The notes under the pieces are model-generated. The model did not search any database. It was not told the DNA's origin and was given only the letters and a program-made list of their open reading frames with translations. Of a stretch of 64,000 nt of DNA, positions 1 to 12,338 are shown piece after piece. The stretch comes from Octopus sinensis (lineage: Eukaryota), in assembly GCF_006345805.1 (NCBI RefSeq), contig NC_043001.1, positions 31,992,001 through 32,056,000 on the forward strand. The letters run 5' to 3'. Position 1 is the stretch's first letter, and the number at the start of each line of letters is the position of its first letter. The position numbers and the translations under genes were made by a program.

Positions 1-951
1 AAAAATCAGCAACATACAACAATTGGAATAAGAACGTCAATAACAAAATACAACAACAACAACAATAACAACAATAACAAAAACAGAAATAATTATAACA
101 ACAACAACAACAACGTCGACAACATCCACGACGACGACGACGACCACCACCACGACCACCACTACCGCCACCACTACCACCCACTACCCCGATCACGCCA
201 CAATTACTGTATTGAAAACCTTTAAGTCCACAACACGTCATCAAACTCATCCCTATTGTAGTCACATGTATGTATGTATGTATGTATGTATGCATGACTA
301 TGAACGTGTCTGCATGTCTATATGAATGTATGTGGATATACACACGTGTATATATGCGTAGGTGTGGCACTGGACAATGTATGTAAGCAGATGTGTGTGT
401 GTGTGTGTGTGTCGTTATGTTTACGCAGCTGTTAACTAAGACTTAAACGCCCACACCCCATTCAATGTATATACATTTATTTTAAACGATTTTATTCCCT
501 AACTAAGCCAAGCGTGAGTCGGACACTGTTAATACGAACTTTGACCTCTCGGCAGCTGGACATCGTAATCTAACGCCATGTATCGAAAGAGGGGGCAACC
601 AACAGCGAATCAAGCCACAAGCCAGTTAGCCGATTTCTAATTCGTCGGCCGACAAGCCGTCGAAGGAGTCTTTACGCAGTCGCCCGACTTGGTAACATTA
701 GCAGTTAAATGTTTCTTAAACCACACCCAGTCGTTTCAAATAAAGATACAGTAGACAACTAAAGTTTCCGATAAATGAATTGGCGGGAGAGTTACGGTTG
801 GAAAGTCTTTGAATCACTGATCTGATCTGAGTCTGAACCAAGAACAGGAACTGGCAGTTGGTGCCATTCCACTTCAGTTAATAAAACTTTGGTAAGTTAT
901 GAATTAAACTCTATCTTAGATGAAATTTCGACAATGTAGCTACCGATATAA

Positions 952-1140
952 GGCGGCGAGCCAACAGAATAGTGAGCACGTTGGACAAAATGCTTAGCTA
1001 CATTTCATCCAACTCCCTACGTTCTGAGTTCAAATCCCACGGAAGTCAACTTTGCCTTTTATCCCTTCGAGGTCGACAAAATAAAGTGCTAGTCAAGTAC
1101 TTGGGTTGGTGTAACCGACTTGTTATTTCCCACCTTAAAT
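952..1140 (+). mobile_element. SINE family A (tRNA-like head, GTCGACTTTGCCTTTCATCC core), diverged
   Basis: GGCGGCGAGC head; GTTCTGAGTTCAAATCC B-box-like motif; core matches the copies at 27512 and 49449. Confidence 0.75.
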
Positions 1141-1455
1141 ATCATTGGTCTTGAATCCTATAATGGATCCTTATCCGGTCCAGGGATAATGCTGTGATCT
1201 TGGTCGCTTGTACGGCATCGAAATTAAGTAACCGACCAGTATGACACATAAGGGCCTGAGAAAAACAAAATAAAGTAGTTCTAAATAGAAAAAAAAATCC
1301 CCACAAGATAATCACAAATGGAATGCCTTTGATTATAGGTCTAATTGATCTGGATTGACCTTGGGTTAAATGGCAACAATCAACGACTTAAGCTACTTCA
1401 CCCATGCCCTCTTAATAAAATTCTTTTTCTTTTTCTTTCACTGATTGCAATTATT

Positions 1456-1648
1456 GGAGGCGTGTAGCATAGTGGTTAGGGGTGTTGGACTCATGTTCGT
1501 AAGATTGTGGTTTCAATTTCTAGACCGGGCGACGTGTTGTGTTCTCGAGCAAAAAACTTTATTTCACGTTTTGCAGTCCACGTAGCGGATAAAAAGAAGC
1601 CATGTATTTCTACGATGGACCAGCGTCCCGTCCAGGGGGTGGGGGCGC
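1456..1648 (+). mobile_element. SINE family B, diverged
   Basis: GGAGGCG...GTGGTTAGGG...GGTTTCAATTTCTAGACCGGGCG tRNA-like head shared with 12339. Confidence 0.65.
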
Positions 1649-1655
1649 AAATGTT

Positions 1656-1690
<35 letters not shown>

Positions 1691-1691
<1 letters not shown>

Positions 1692-1747
1692 GGCCGACCA
1701 AAGCCTTGTGAGTGGATTTGGTAGAGGAAACTGAAAGACGCCCGTTG

Positions 1748-1809
<62 letters not shown>

Positions 1810-1994
1810 GTGTGTGTGTGTGTGTATGTGTGTGTCCAACATCGCTTGACAACCGATGCTAGTGTGTTACGTCCCCGTAACTTAGCAGTTCGGCAAATGA
1901 GACCGATAGAATAAGTACTAGGCTTACAAAGAATAAATCCTGGGGTCGATTTGCTCGACTAAAGGCGGTGTTCCAGCATGGCCACAGTCAAATG
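1691..1994 (+). mobile_element. SINE family C, 3' portion with internal (TA)n(TG)n
   Basis: GGCCGACCAAAGCCTTGTGAGTGG through CCAGCATGGCCACAGTCAAATG; matches more than 10 other copies in the window. Confidence 0.85.
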
Positions 1995-1996
1995 TC

Positions 1997-2087
1997 TCCG
2001 CTAAGTTACGGAGACGTAAACACACCAGCATCGGTTGTCAAGCGATGTTGGCGGGACAAACAAAGACACACACACACACACACACAC

Positions 2088-2128
<41 letters not shown>

Positions 2129-2292
2129 TACGACGGGCTTTTTCAGTTTCCGTCTACCAAATCCACTCAAAAGGCTTTGGTCAGCCCGAGGCTACAGTAG
2201 AAGACACTTGCCCAAGGTGCCACACAGTGGGACTGAACCTGGAACCACGTGGTTGGCAAGCAAGCTACTTACCACACAGCCACTTCTACGCC
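1997..2292 (-). mobile_element. SINE family C, 5' portion, inverted relative to the neighbouring copy
   Basis: Reverse complement begins GGCGTAGAAGTGGCTGTGTGGTAAGTAGC and contains CACCTTGGGCAAGTGTCTT (CORE-like). Confidence 0.85.
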
Positions 2293-2460
2293 TATATATG
2301 TGCAAGAATGTCCATATCTTCATGCTAAGTTCGGTTATATATTTCCATAGACTGTGTTGCATTCTCATACACTATCACTCGTCAATTCTCCCCATGATCT
2401 GTGGCCATGGGCCTCTGTACGTTATCAATACAAGATCATGATTAATGATATTTTTGTTAA

Positions 2461-2581
2461 TTAGTCGAGCGTATGACGCTTGGTCATTCTTGTTTTCATA
2501 GCTTGACCTAACTGCAGCTGGCCATTGCTCTCTTTGTGTAAGCCATTATTATACAGTGGGGGTTTTGTGTTTCCTTTTGTC
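2461..2581 (-). CDS. Candidate terminal coding exon (xTKGNTKPPLYNNGLHKESNGQLQLGQAMKTRMTKRHTLD*), product unknown
   Basis: Pyrimidine-rich acceptor ...ccccccagcactccag|G; non-repetitive open frame to TAA at 2461-2463; no homology recognised. Confidence 0.3.
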
Positions 2582-2926
2582 CTGGAGTGCTGGGGGGTGG
2601 GGTGAAGGGAGACGGGTGTAGTCAGTCCATTCACAAACAAAAAGGGAAGTACAAAATCACTACCGCCACAACAGCCAGCAAACAAACCGCTACCACCACC
2701 ACCACTCCTCACCATCACCACCACCACCACCACCACCACCACCACCACCACCACCACTCACCACCATCACACCACCACCACTCACCACCATCACCACTCA
2801 CCACCATCACCATCACCAGCACCAGCACCACCACCACCAACAACAACAGCAGTAATAACTGTATCTAATTTCGGTATAAGACCAGCAAAAATAGAGATAA
2901 ATAATAATAATAGCAATAATAATAAT

Positions 2927-4002
2927 CTTTTCTACTAAAAGCATGAGGCCCGAAAATATTTTGAGATGGGACTAGTCGATTACATCGACCCCAGTGTGTA
3001 ACTGGTACTTAATTTATCGACTCCGAAAGGATGAAAAGCAGAGTCGACCTCGGCAGAATTTGAACTCAGAACGTAGCGGCAGACGAAATATTTTCTACTA
3101 TACTCCTTTCTACTATAGGCACAGGGCCTGAAATTTGGTGGAAAGGCGGGGCTAGTCAATTAAACTGATACTAGTACGCAACTGGTACTTAATTTATCGA
3201 TCTCGAAAGGATGAAAGGCAAAGTCGACCTCGGCAGAATTTGAACTCAGAACGTAGCGGCAGACGAAATACTTTCTACTATACTCCCTTCTACTATAGGC
3301 ACAGGGCCTGAAATTGGTGGAAGGGGGTCAGTCGATTAGACTGACACTAGTACGCAACTGGTACTTAATTTATCGACCTCGAAAGGATGAAAGGCAAAGT
3401 CGACCTCGGCAGAATTTGAACTCAGAACGTAGCGGCAGACGAAATATTTTCTACTATACTCCTTTCTACTATAGGCACAGGGCCTGAAATTTGGTGGAAA
3501 GGCGGGGCTAGTCAATTAAACTGATACTAGTACGCAACTGGTACTTAATTTATCGATCTCGAAAGGATGAAAGGCAAAGTCGACCTCGGCAGAATTTGAA
3601 CTCAGAACGTAGCGGCAGACGAAATATTTTCTACTATACTCCTTTCTACTATAGGCACAGGGCCTGAAATTTGGTGGAAAGGCGGGGCTAGTCAATTAAA
3701 CTGATACTAGTACGCAACTGGTACTTAATTTATCGATCTCGAAAGGATGAAAGGCAAAGTCGACCTCGGCAGAATTTGAACTCAGAACGTAGCGGCAGAC
3801 GAAATACTTTCTACTATACTCCCTTCTACTATAGGCACAGGGCCTGAAATTTGGTGGAAGGGGGTCAGTCGATTAGACTGACACTAGTACGCAACTGGTA
3901 CTTAATTTATCGACCTCGAAAGGATGAAAGGCAAAATTGACCTCGGCGGAATTTGAACTCAGAACGTAAAGACAGGGGAAATACCGCTAGGCGTTTTGTT
4001 CG
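2927..4002 (-). repeat. Tandem array of six SINE-A-derived units (176-180 bp)
   Basis: CTCAGAACGTA recurs at 3065, 3245, 3421, 3601, 3781 and 3958. Confidence 0.95.
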
Positions 4003-4004
4003 TA

Positions 4005-4039
<35 letters not shown>

Positions 4040-4252
4040 AATAATAATAATATAATAATAATAATAAATAATAATAATAATAATAATTCTTTCCAAAGTT
4101 GGGGAAGGTATAAGTCAATTACATCGACTCCAGTACAGAACTGGTACTTAATTTATTGACCCCGAAAGGATGAAAAGCAAAGTCGACCTCGGCGGAATTT
4201 ACTCGGTGTATAAACGGAGGAAATTATGATGATGATAATAATAATAATAATA

Positions 4253-4291
<39 letters not shown>

Positions 4292-6297
4292 TAATAATAA
4301 TAAGGATTTATCAAGAGAGTTCTAAGCATTTGAAAGACTCCTGGAAATTTGTGGTTACCTAAGTTTACAGGTAAGTAAGCCACTGATTACATAAATCCCG
4401 TGAAGTATAAGACCAAACCTGAACCAAACCAAAATAATAATAATAACAGTAATGTTAACAATGATGAGGATGATAATTATATCACAATGCCATTATGAGT
4501 TTTTAAAAAGGAGAAAAAAATCGAAACAAACACAAAAGATGAACCAGTTTTCCTCTCACAAACGTTTTTTTTTCTTTTGCAATGTTTATCCACCAACGAA
4601 ACAACGCTCTTACCACCACTAAACAACACAAACAGCTACTACTACCACTACTACTACTACCACTACTACTACTACTACTATCACCAACAGAATAACCGTC
4701 CACCCAGTCTGTGACCCAACCAAAAGCAGCTGTGAAATCTCAATTGACACACTAACAATCTAAAAATTAATAGAAGTATACTGGATACAGTAGGTTTAAA
4801 CATTCTGTAAGAAATAAACAAATCGGATGGCTATGGTTGGAACGCCTTTTATCGTAGATCAGCACGATTATAGATGATATGAAGGTATGGGTAAGCATAA
4901 ATTTATTGATGGTGTCTAGTCGTTTTGATAAACTAGCTGCGGGCTCTTGATCAGCTCGCAGTGACCTGGGATATAAACCACAACATCTCTACGAACTACC
5001 ACAACCAACCTACTATCTCAATGGCAACTTATCAATTATCATACATAGGGGCTTCGACGCAGTCACTTGACCTACTAGATATAGCACCCAAATTTCCCTC
5101 AAATCAGATTGTTACAGCCATACAAAAACAAAGCAAAACCAAGACTGTATTCTTTAGCAAAAATAAAAAGACAAGAGTTTTACGGTTCGAATGTTGACCT
5201 GGTATTGGGGGGGGGGGGCAAAACAACGACAACAATAACAATAACATCACCAACTAACCTACTAACCAGCCAACCAGCTAGATATCCAGCTTTCTATCCC
5301 ACCAATCTACTATTTGTTCCTTGGGTCCAACTATTTGCATTAGTTAACCCATTAACATAATATATTCACATACTATGTTCTAACTTAGAGTCGGTATAAT
5401 TATAAACTTGAAAGGGGTTTGGATGACGCAATCTGACTATGTTCACATTCAGAACCAGTTCAGTTACATCATTTTGATTATTATTCAAGAAATGAACGCT
5501 AAAACTTCTAATTCTGTTGGCTCTAAAATGGTTTACTCTTTATTTCAAAAGTGTCATTGCAATTTATGGTTACGTTTTCGAGGCGTAACTGGAACCAGTT
5601 TATAGAAACTAAAGAACGAAAGGATATTACCCCATCCCTCTTCTCTGTCTCTTTATAAACCTGAAGATCAGTGGCTCCAAAGTAGTGCGCCACCAGGAGT
5701 ATTCTAGGTGCACCATGGATTTTTAAGAATGTGTAATAAATGTTATAATTGTAATATAATAACCTTTAGAAAATCTGCCCTAATGATTGAGTGTCTTGCA
5801 AACATGTCCAAAAGTTTATTAAACTTCGTATAATTGGATTATTCGAAAGTTGATTCTCACTTACCAAATGCAGGAATATTACTCATTAATGCCATCAAAT
5901 CCTCAGATCAAAAATATTACGGAAATAGATAATAAACGAAATAGATATTGTGATGCAAACACAAAGACCACTTTGAATTTTAGCAAATTTACATGGATAA
6001 GAGAATTGTATTATGGCATTGTAGGAATATTTTCCCTACAAAATTTAAAAGTCAGTTTTCCCAAGAGGAGGGGGTCTTTACAGTGATGATGGACTCTTAT
6101 GTCTGAATAACTATAATTCCCATCAAACGGAATCACCAACAACATGATTACTAATTTAGTCAAACATATCTATCTTTGTCAAACTTTGCAACCAAAAATT
6201 TTTCATCTACATATTATAATAATATTTGATAAAAAAAGAAGCATTACCTGTGTTGAACAATAGGAAAATGCTCATACAATAGGAAAATGAATATTAC

Positions 6298-6350
6298 TTG
6301 GTCTAATCTTGCTGTTACTTTAGCCATTGCACCATGACACACAAGTACTC
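6298..6350 (-). CDS. Candidate internal exon (GVLVCHGAMAKVTARLDQ)
   Basis: T-rich, AG-poor zone then ttagcag| acceptor; donor CAA|gtaata (alternative CAG|gtaatg at 6248); phase fits the exon at 6609. Confidence 0.3.
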
Positions 6351-6608
6351 CTGCTAACATAGAAAATAAACTTCCACCCAGAATATAAGTACCGTAAATT
6401 ATAATAATGATAAAATCAATAAACATAATAAAAGTAAAAATAAAATCACATATTCTAATTCGTAATTTTCTTCACATTTGTCCCTCTTGATATGTCTAAA
6501 ACTAAGCCAACTAGTAGCAAGTGAATTTGTATAAAAACAAGTCAATCATATAATTTACTAGAAGACCATATAAATTAATAACTTATCCAATAAATATATC
6601 GGACTCAC

Positions 6609-6642
6609 CGGAAATCCATATAAAATTCCATTTAATCAGCAT
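6609..6642 (-). CDS. Candidate first coding segment MLIKWNFIWIS(G), within a 97-nt exon at 6609-6705
   Basis: Strong acceptor tttttcag|G at 6705 and strong donor CCG|gtgagt at 6609; ATG is preceded by an in-frame TAA; joined to the 6298 exon it resembles a signal peptide. Confidence 0.3.
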
Positions 6643-7449
6643 TTACATACATTTCCAAGCAAATACTGAAGGGAAGGAGCTTCGATCTCTAACTTCATTT
6701 GGGACCTGAAAAATCAAAGTAAACCATATAGATTAAAATGTAACAGCCTTGCCACAGCAACGTCTTATGCTATCGCAAAAAATAAAAAGAAACAAAACAA
6801 GCAACATATTCAAAAGTAAGAGCTACGAAATGTCCAATTCTCAGTTGACATTCAAATAAAATAAAGTGTCAGCTTAAGAATACAGTGTGAGATATTATAA
6901 ACCAAATATGCCCGTAAATTAATTTACGTAGTTGGAATGGAACATAACCATCTTTATATTGGTGCATTTCTGTCTTTCTAAATCTCTAAATATTTTCAAG
7001 AACAAACGCTTATATTAGAAAATAACTGAATGTACTCTTCTGCGCTTTCGAAATGATATTATTAAAATTACATACACACATACATACATACATACATACA
7101 TACATACATACATACATACATACATACATACAAACACACACATACAAACACATTAGAGCGGTAATAAGAAAAATGGAAAAAGCTGTAAGCTAATGAAGCT
7201 CATAAGGCAATAGGCTATTCCTTTGTCATTTCTTTCTTATAACCGCTCTGTACCCGACTAACGTTTCGTTCAGAAGCATACGTATACTAAGTTCTATATC
7301 AGCTTATTAGTATCGCAATACCTAAGCTATATACATACATACATACATACAAACATACACATATGTATATATGTGTGTGTGTGTGTGAATGTGCATACAC
7401 TGATTTTTACAGACATATTCTGAAATCCCCCTCTCTCTCTCTCTCACTA

Positions 7450-7507
<58 letters not shown>

Positions 7508-7592
7508 CACATAATTGTTAAAGAATACAACAAACGTTAAGGGGATGCAAACATCACAAGTCATATACATTATCATTATTGGAAAGAATTCA

Positions 7593-7648
7593 GTCTTACA
7601 ACTGTTTCTGGGATACCCCAGAGTATGGGATATTCCACCATCAGAGAC
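7593..7648 (-). ncRNA. Type I hammerhead-like motif (GTCT/AGAC family)
   Basis: Minus strand: GTCT CTGATGG tggaatatccc-atactct-ggggtatccca GAAA CAGTTG TA AGAC; one core mismatch. Confidence 0.6.
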
Positions 7649-7669
7649 AAAAGGAAAATGAGAAGAAAA

Positions 7670-7812
7670 AAAAGTTCTACAAAGGTTTGAAAAATTTCTG
7701 AATTTCAAAATTCCAAAATATTTTTTTACCAAATTCTGATTCTAAAGATGTGAATTAAGTCCTCGGATACGCACACAGTCACACACACACACACACACAC
7801 ACGAATACATGC

Positions 7813-7875
<63 letters not shown>

Positions 7876-8093
7876 TTGTGTGTGTGAAAACATCCCGAAC
7901 ATCTCTGCGTTTGTTCGTGTGTGTGCGTGCATATATGCATGTATTCATGTGTGTGTGTATGACTGTGTGCGTTTGCAAGGACATACGTCTATTCTTTGCC
8001 CCTAATTCTCATCTTTAGAATCAGAATTTGGTAAAAAAAATATTTTAGAATTTTGAAATTCAGAAAAATTTTTCAAACGTTTTTAGAACTTTT
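7670..8093. mobile_element. Fold-back element with long inverted arms around (TA)n
   Basis: 7670-7760 is the reverse complement of ~8005-8093; inner arms (acgcacacagtca...gaatacatgcatat) also pair. Confidence 0.75.
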
Positions 8094-8413
8094 AAACACA
8101 CTAAAATCTACAACTAGTAAATTCCCTTATCCTCAATTAGTAACTTTCCAATCTACAATTAGTAACACTCATTAATACCGTCTGAAACTACTGCTTTGTT
8201 TTTATAATATATGGTAATTATATTTACCGAAAAGTAATGAGCACGCGTCTTTACATATACAGATTGCATAAAAGATTTGCCAGAACAATTGATGTCCTTT
8301 CTTTTTCATGTCTCTGTGTGTTACTTTGATTTTTAAAAATTTTCTCACGGTACAACTATAAGCACTGACGAATGGAGTCGGACCTTGATTTAGCGGTTGA
8401 CGAATTCCGTTTG

Positions 8414-9060
8414 AAGTGAAACAGGTTGTACATGCATGCATAGATACATACATACATATATACATACACACATACATACACACATGCATACACACATACA
8501 CACATACATGCATACATACATACATACATACATACGTGCATACATACATACACACATGCATACATACATACATGCATACATACATACATAAATACATACA
8601 TACATACACACATACATACACACATGCATGCATGCATGCATACATGCACACATACATACATATGTACGTAAGTACGGCCATTTTAGACCTTCATACCTAC
8701 TCACGCGCGCCTGCACACACACGTGATACAGGTTGTACATACATACATACATACATACATACATACACACATGCATGCATACATACACACACATACATAC
8801 ACACATGCATACATACATACATACATATGTACATAAGTACGGCCATTTTAGACCTTCATACCTACACACGCGCGCGTGCGTGCACACACACGTGAAACAG
8901 GTTGTACATACATAGATACATACAAACATACACACATACATACATACACACATACATACATACATACACACATGCATACATACATATGTACATAAGTACG
9001 GCCATTTTAGACCTTCGTACCTACACACGCGCGTGTGCACACACACACACGTACATACAT
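8414..9060 (+). repeat. Three tandem copies of a core separated by (CATA)n
   Basis: AAGTACGGCCATTTTAGACCTTC at ~8670, ~8835, ~8995; GTGA(A/T)ACAGGTTG at ~8415, ~8723, ~8892. Confidence 0.85.
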
Positions 9061-9114
9061 ACACATATAAATGTATATGTGTGTATATGTGTATGTATCT
9101 ATTTATTTATCTAT

Positions 9115-9154
<40 letters not shown>

Positions 9155-9168
9155 ATATAGTCGATAAA

Positions 9169-9446
9169 GGAAACGGAAGATGGATTTAGTACAAATCTTT
9201 ATACACCACGACGATCGTTTCGACTCATCCTGCATCCGTTCCATAGAATATTGTGCATCTGATTGGATTTCATCTATCAGTGCAGGCTGTGCGATATTTT
9301 TGTGCACCAAGCAGCCGAAGTGACGCGGCCTGCACCGATTGATACAATGCAACCAGATGCACAATATCCTATGAGATAGATGCAGGACGTGTCAAAATGA
9401 TTGTCGTACTGAATAAAAGTTCGTACTAAATCCGTCTTCCGTTTCC
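9169..9446. mobile_element. MITE-like fold-back with ~120-bp inverted arms
   Basis: GGAAACGGAAGATGGATTTAGTAC...TGCAGGC pairs with GCCTGCA...GTACTAAATCCGTCTTCCGTTTCC; TA-rich flanks. Confidence 0.85.
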
Positions 9447-9608
9447 CTCATCTATTATAAACTCCACAAATACTGCTGATTTCCTGATGTAGATCCAGTG
9501 AAAATTATATCATAACTGTGGATGATATTAGATAGCCCAAAAGGTGAATGTGCTTTGATTGACATACTAATAGACATATACTCAAAGTACAAATGGTTAC
9601 ACACACAC

Positions 9609-9664
<56 letters not shown>

Positions 9665-9936
9665 TATGTATGTGTGTGTATAAAACATAGGAAAGAAGTT
9701 TAAATCCGCGACAGTTGTTTCGGCAGAAATTGATTTAATGTAGTCAAGAATGGATTAAATTACTTTGCGTAAATATTCACTCAGCCACGACATCTGCAAC
9801 TAATTTCAACTAGACGTTTACTGTCTGCTCTCTGAGAATATCTTTCTAGCCAGTTGGTGATGTCATACATGTTGATGTACCTCGATTCTTCATTAAGCCT
9901 TCAAATTGATATATATATATATATATATATATATCA

Positions 9937-9977
<41 letters not shown>

Positions 9978-10351
9978 ATATATCAATTCAATTAATTAAT
10001 TCATTAATCAATTAATTAACAATTTTACTAAGTACATCGGTACGTTATAGCGTTATAGTAGTAGGAAAGGAATTTTGAACTCCTTTTTCTAATTTCGGTA
10101 TGTAGTGCAGTTAGCTGAACCCTAATTATAATTATATATATATATATATATATATAGGTAAACAGTAAAATTAATTACAGACATGGACAAGAATATGAAA
10201 CACCACAGAGACGACACAAGAACCACAGGACGGGACATTCGAAGCCCTCAGTCATCAGTCAAGAACCAGATCATCTTAGCAATTTCGGCTGATATATATA
10301 TATATATATATATACAGGTCCCTGTCTGAATCTTTCATACGTACTCACCTT

Positions 10352-10427
10352 GTCTCTGATGACGGAATACCCGGTGTACGAAAATGCTAGCCTATTAATT
10401 GGGATATCCTAGGAACAGCTGTAAGAC
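10352..10427 (+). ncRNA. Type I hammerhead-like motif (GTCT/AGAC family), long stem II
   Basis: GTCT CTGATGA c-ggaatacc...ggatatcc-ta GGAA CAGCTG TA AGAC; GAAA is mutated to GGAA. Confidence 0.5.
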
Positions 10428-10565
10428 TTCAAATTCACCTTACCCTAATTAAATTATTCTAAATGACTTGAGATACCTGTCCTGCCTTGGTTTTTGTTGT
10501 CCTTCTTCCTCTAATACATACATACATACATGCATGTATCGAACGATGTGTATAACATTTATACA

Positions 10566-10632
<67 letters not shown>

Positions 10633-10708
10633 CACACACACAAACGTGGACTGTAACTAATTAACTGATTGTATAATACATCAAATATATCATACCAGTA
10701 TACTAGTT

Positions 10709-10748
<40 letters not shown>

Positions 10749-11589
10749 ATATATTTATATATATGTATATATATATATATACTAGAGGAAAAGGAAGCCA
10801 AATATGGATCCCTAGCTCCAGCCTCAGCTGTGAAATTGGAACCAAACGGATGACCAATTATAGCACTTACTCATCGTACCTTTTCGTTTAGATCACCAAC
10901 GAACTAAACCGCTTATATCCTTTATATATAAAGAAAAGCATAGTATAAATGATTTTCCCTCATTACTTTTTTTTTGTTTAGCAAAAGCATGAATTAAAAA
11001 AAGGCGTGGAGAGGCACAATGGTTACCACGCCGGACGAAATGCATATGGTAAACTATCTGATTTCAAATGCTTCCAAGGTTGACTTTGCCTTTCATCTAT
11101 TGGGCTCAACAAAATAAGTACTAGTTGAACACCGGGGTCAATGTAATCGACTTATTGCCCCACCCCCGAAATCGCTGACCTTGTGGGATAATTTGAAACG
11201 AATATTAATTTAAAAGGCTTTGATCAGATTTTTTTGTTATATGAATAAGTGAAACTTTATCGTCGGTGTGACCGAAACTTCTCAGCGTTCCTCGACGTGG
11301 TGTATTATTTCGGGTAGTATTTGACCTTAAAAAGTCTGCAAAAAACAGTATTTAAACCAAGATGACCATAAGATTAAAGAACAAACTGCTCGATATGATA
11401 ATTTCAGCATCAGAGATTTAGGCGACTCTGTCTGATCTTGAGTATTAGCGATCACTTATATTCATTCAACAAAGATTACAACAAAAGAGTCAGGTTAATC
11501 ATGAAAACAAAATATCGTTTTCATCGAACGAAATAAAATCAATGAACAGTTTTACAGCCTCAGTCATTCTTACTCTACAGTTTCCGAAT

Positions 11590-12010
11590 AATAGAATGAA
11601 ATAGAAATGATACCGTAGCGATAGATCACAATGTAAGACAGCAACTCACCAGACATACAAATGCACCATACAAAAGCAGATGTCAACCGACTGTACATGC
11701 CCAGTCATGAAGGAGGAAAAGTCTCTTATGGAAATAGAAATACAATTTGACATTGCACTATGTCTTATCTGCTTATTCAATGAAGCGGACTAATGACTAG
11801 TCAAAGACTATTAAGCACAAGAAAACTACAAAGAGTCTCTCCTCTCCTCTTAAGAAGGACATTAAAAAAAAAAAGCACATCTGTGAGCTCGACATCTCAC
11901 TCTACATCCCAGCAACTGCAGCTGCCAAACTTATTAAACCTCAAATGAAGAAGATTCAATCTTCTATCTAGAAAACACTGTTAGGCAAACCTATAGATGG
12001 AACACAAGGA
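11590..12010 (+). mobile_element. Degenerate R4/Dong-like non-LTR retrotransposon fragment (post-RT region)
   Basis: Frameshifted translation ...KADVNRLYMPSHEGGK...LGKP matches the DVDRLYLPRxxGGRGL and KPLHG motifs of this group. Confidence 0.6.
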
Positions 12011-12338
12011 TAAATATGCAGGAAATTATTGGTTAGATGAATGAAAAGTACAGGTCTGAAGTAGTAGCAGAAGCAGATGAGTTTTAATCAGAACGATTAT
12101 CACCACGAGTCAATGAAAGAGTTTCTTTTAATCAGTTGATCTGTCAGAAACAGTAGTTACGTATCCCTCAGTTCACACTCTGACATTATATTAAGTAAGA
12201 GAAAGGGACATTAGTTAATGTTGTACCTGCACCTAAAAAGACTGAGCGGCAGCCGATGGAATATAATATAATCTAAGGTCAACTTCATCGGGATTAACCT
12301 GATGCCAAACACCACAACCAAGAACAGCAACAACAAGT

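Noticed and set aside
10215-10262. Minus-strand CTGATGA...GAAT motif as a hammerhead
   Set aside because: No consistent stems I and III can be drawn.
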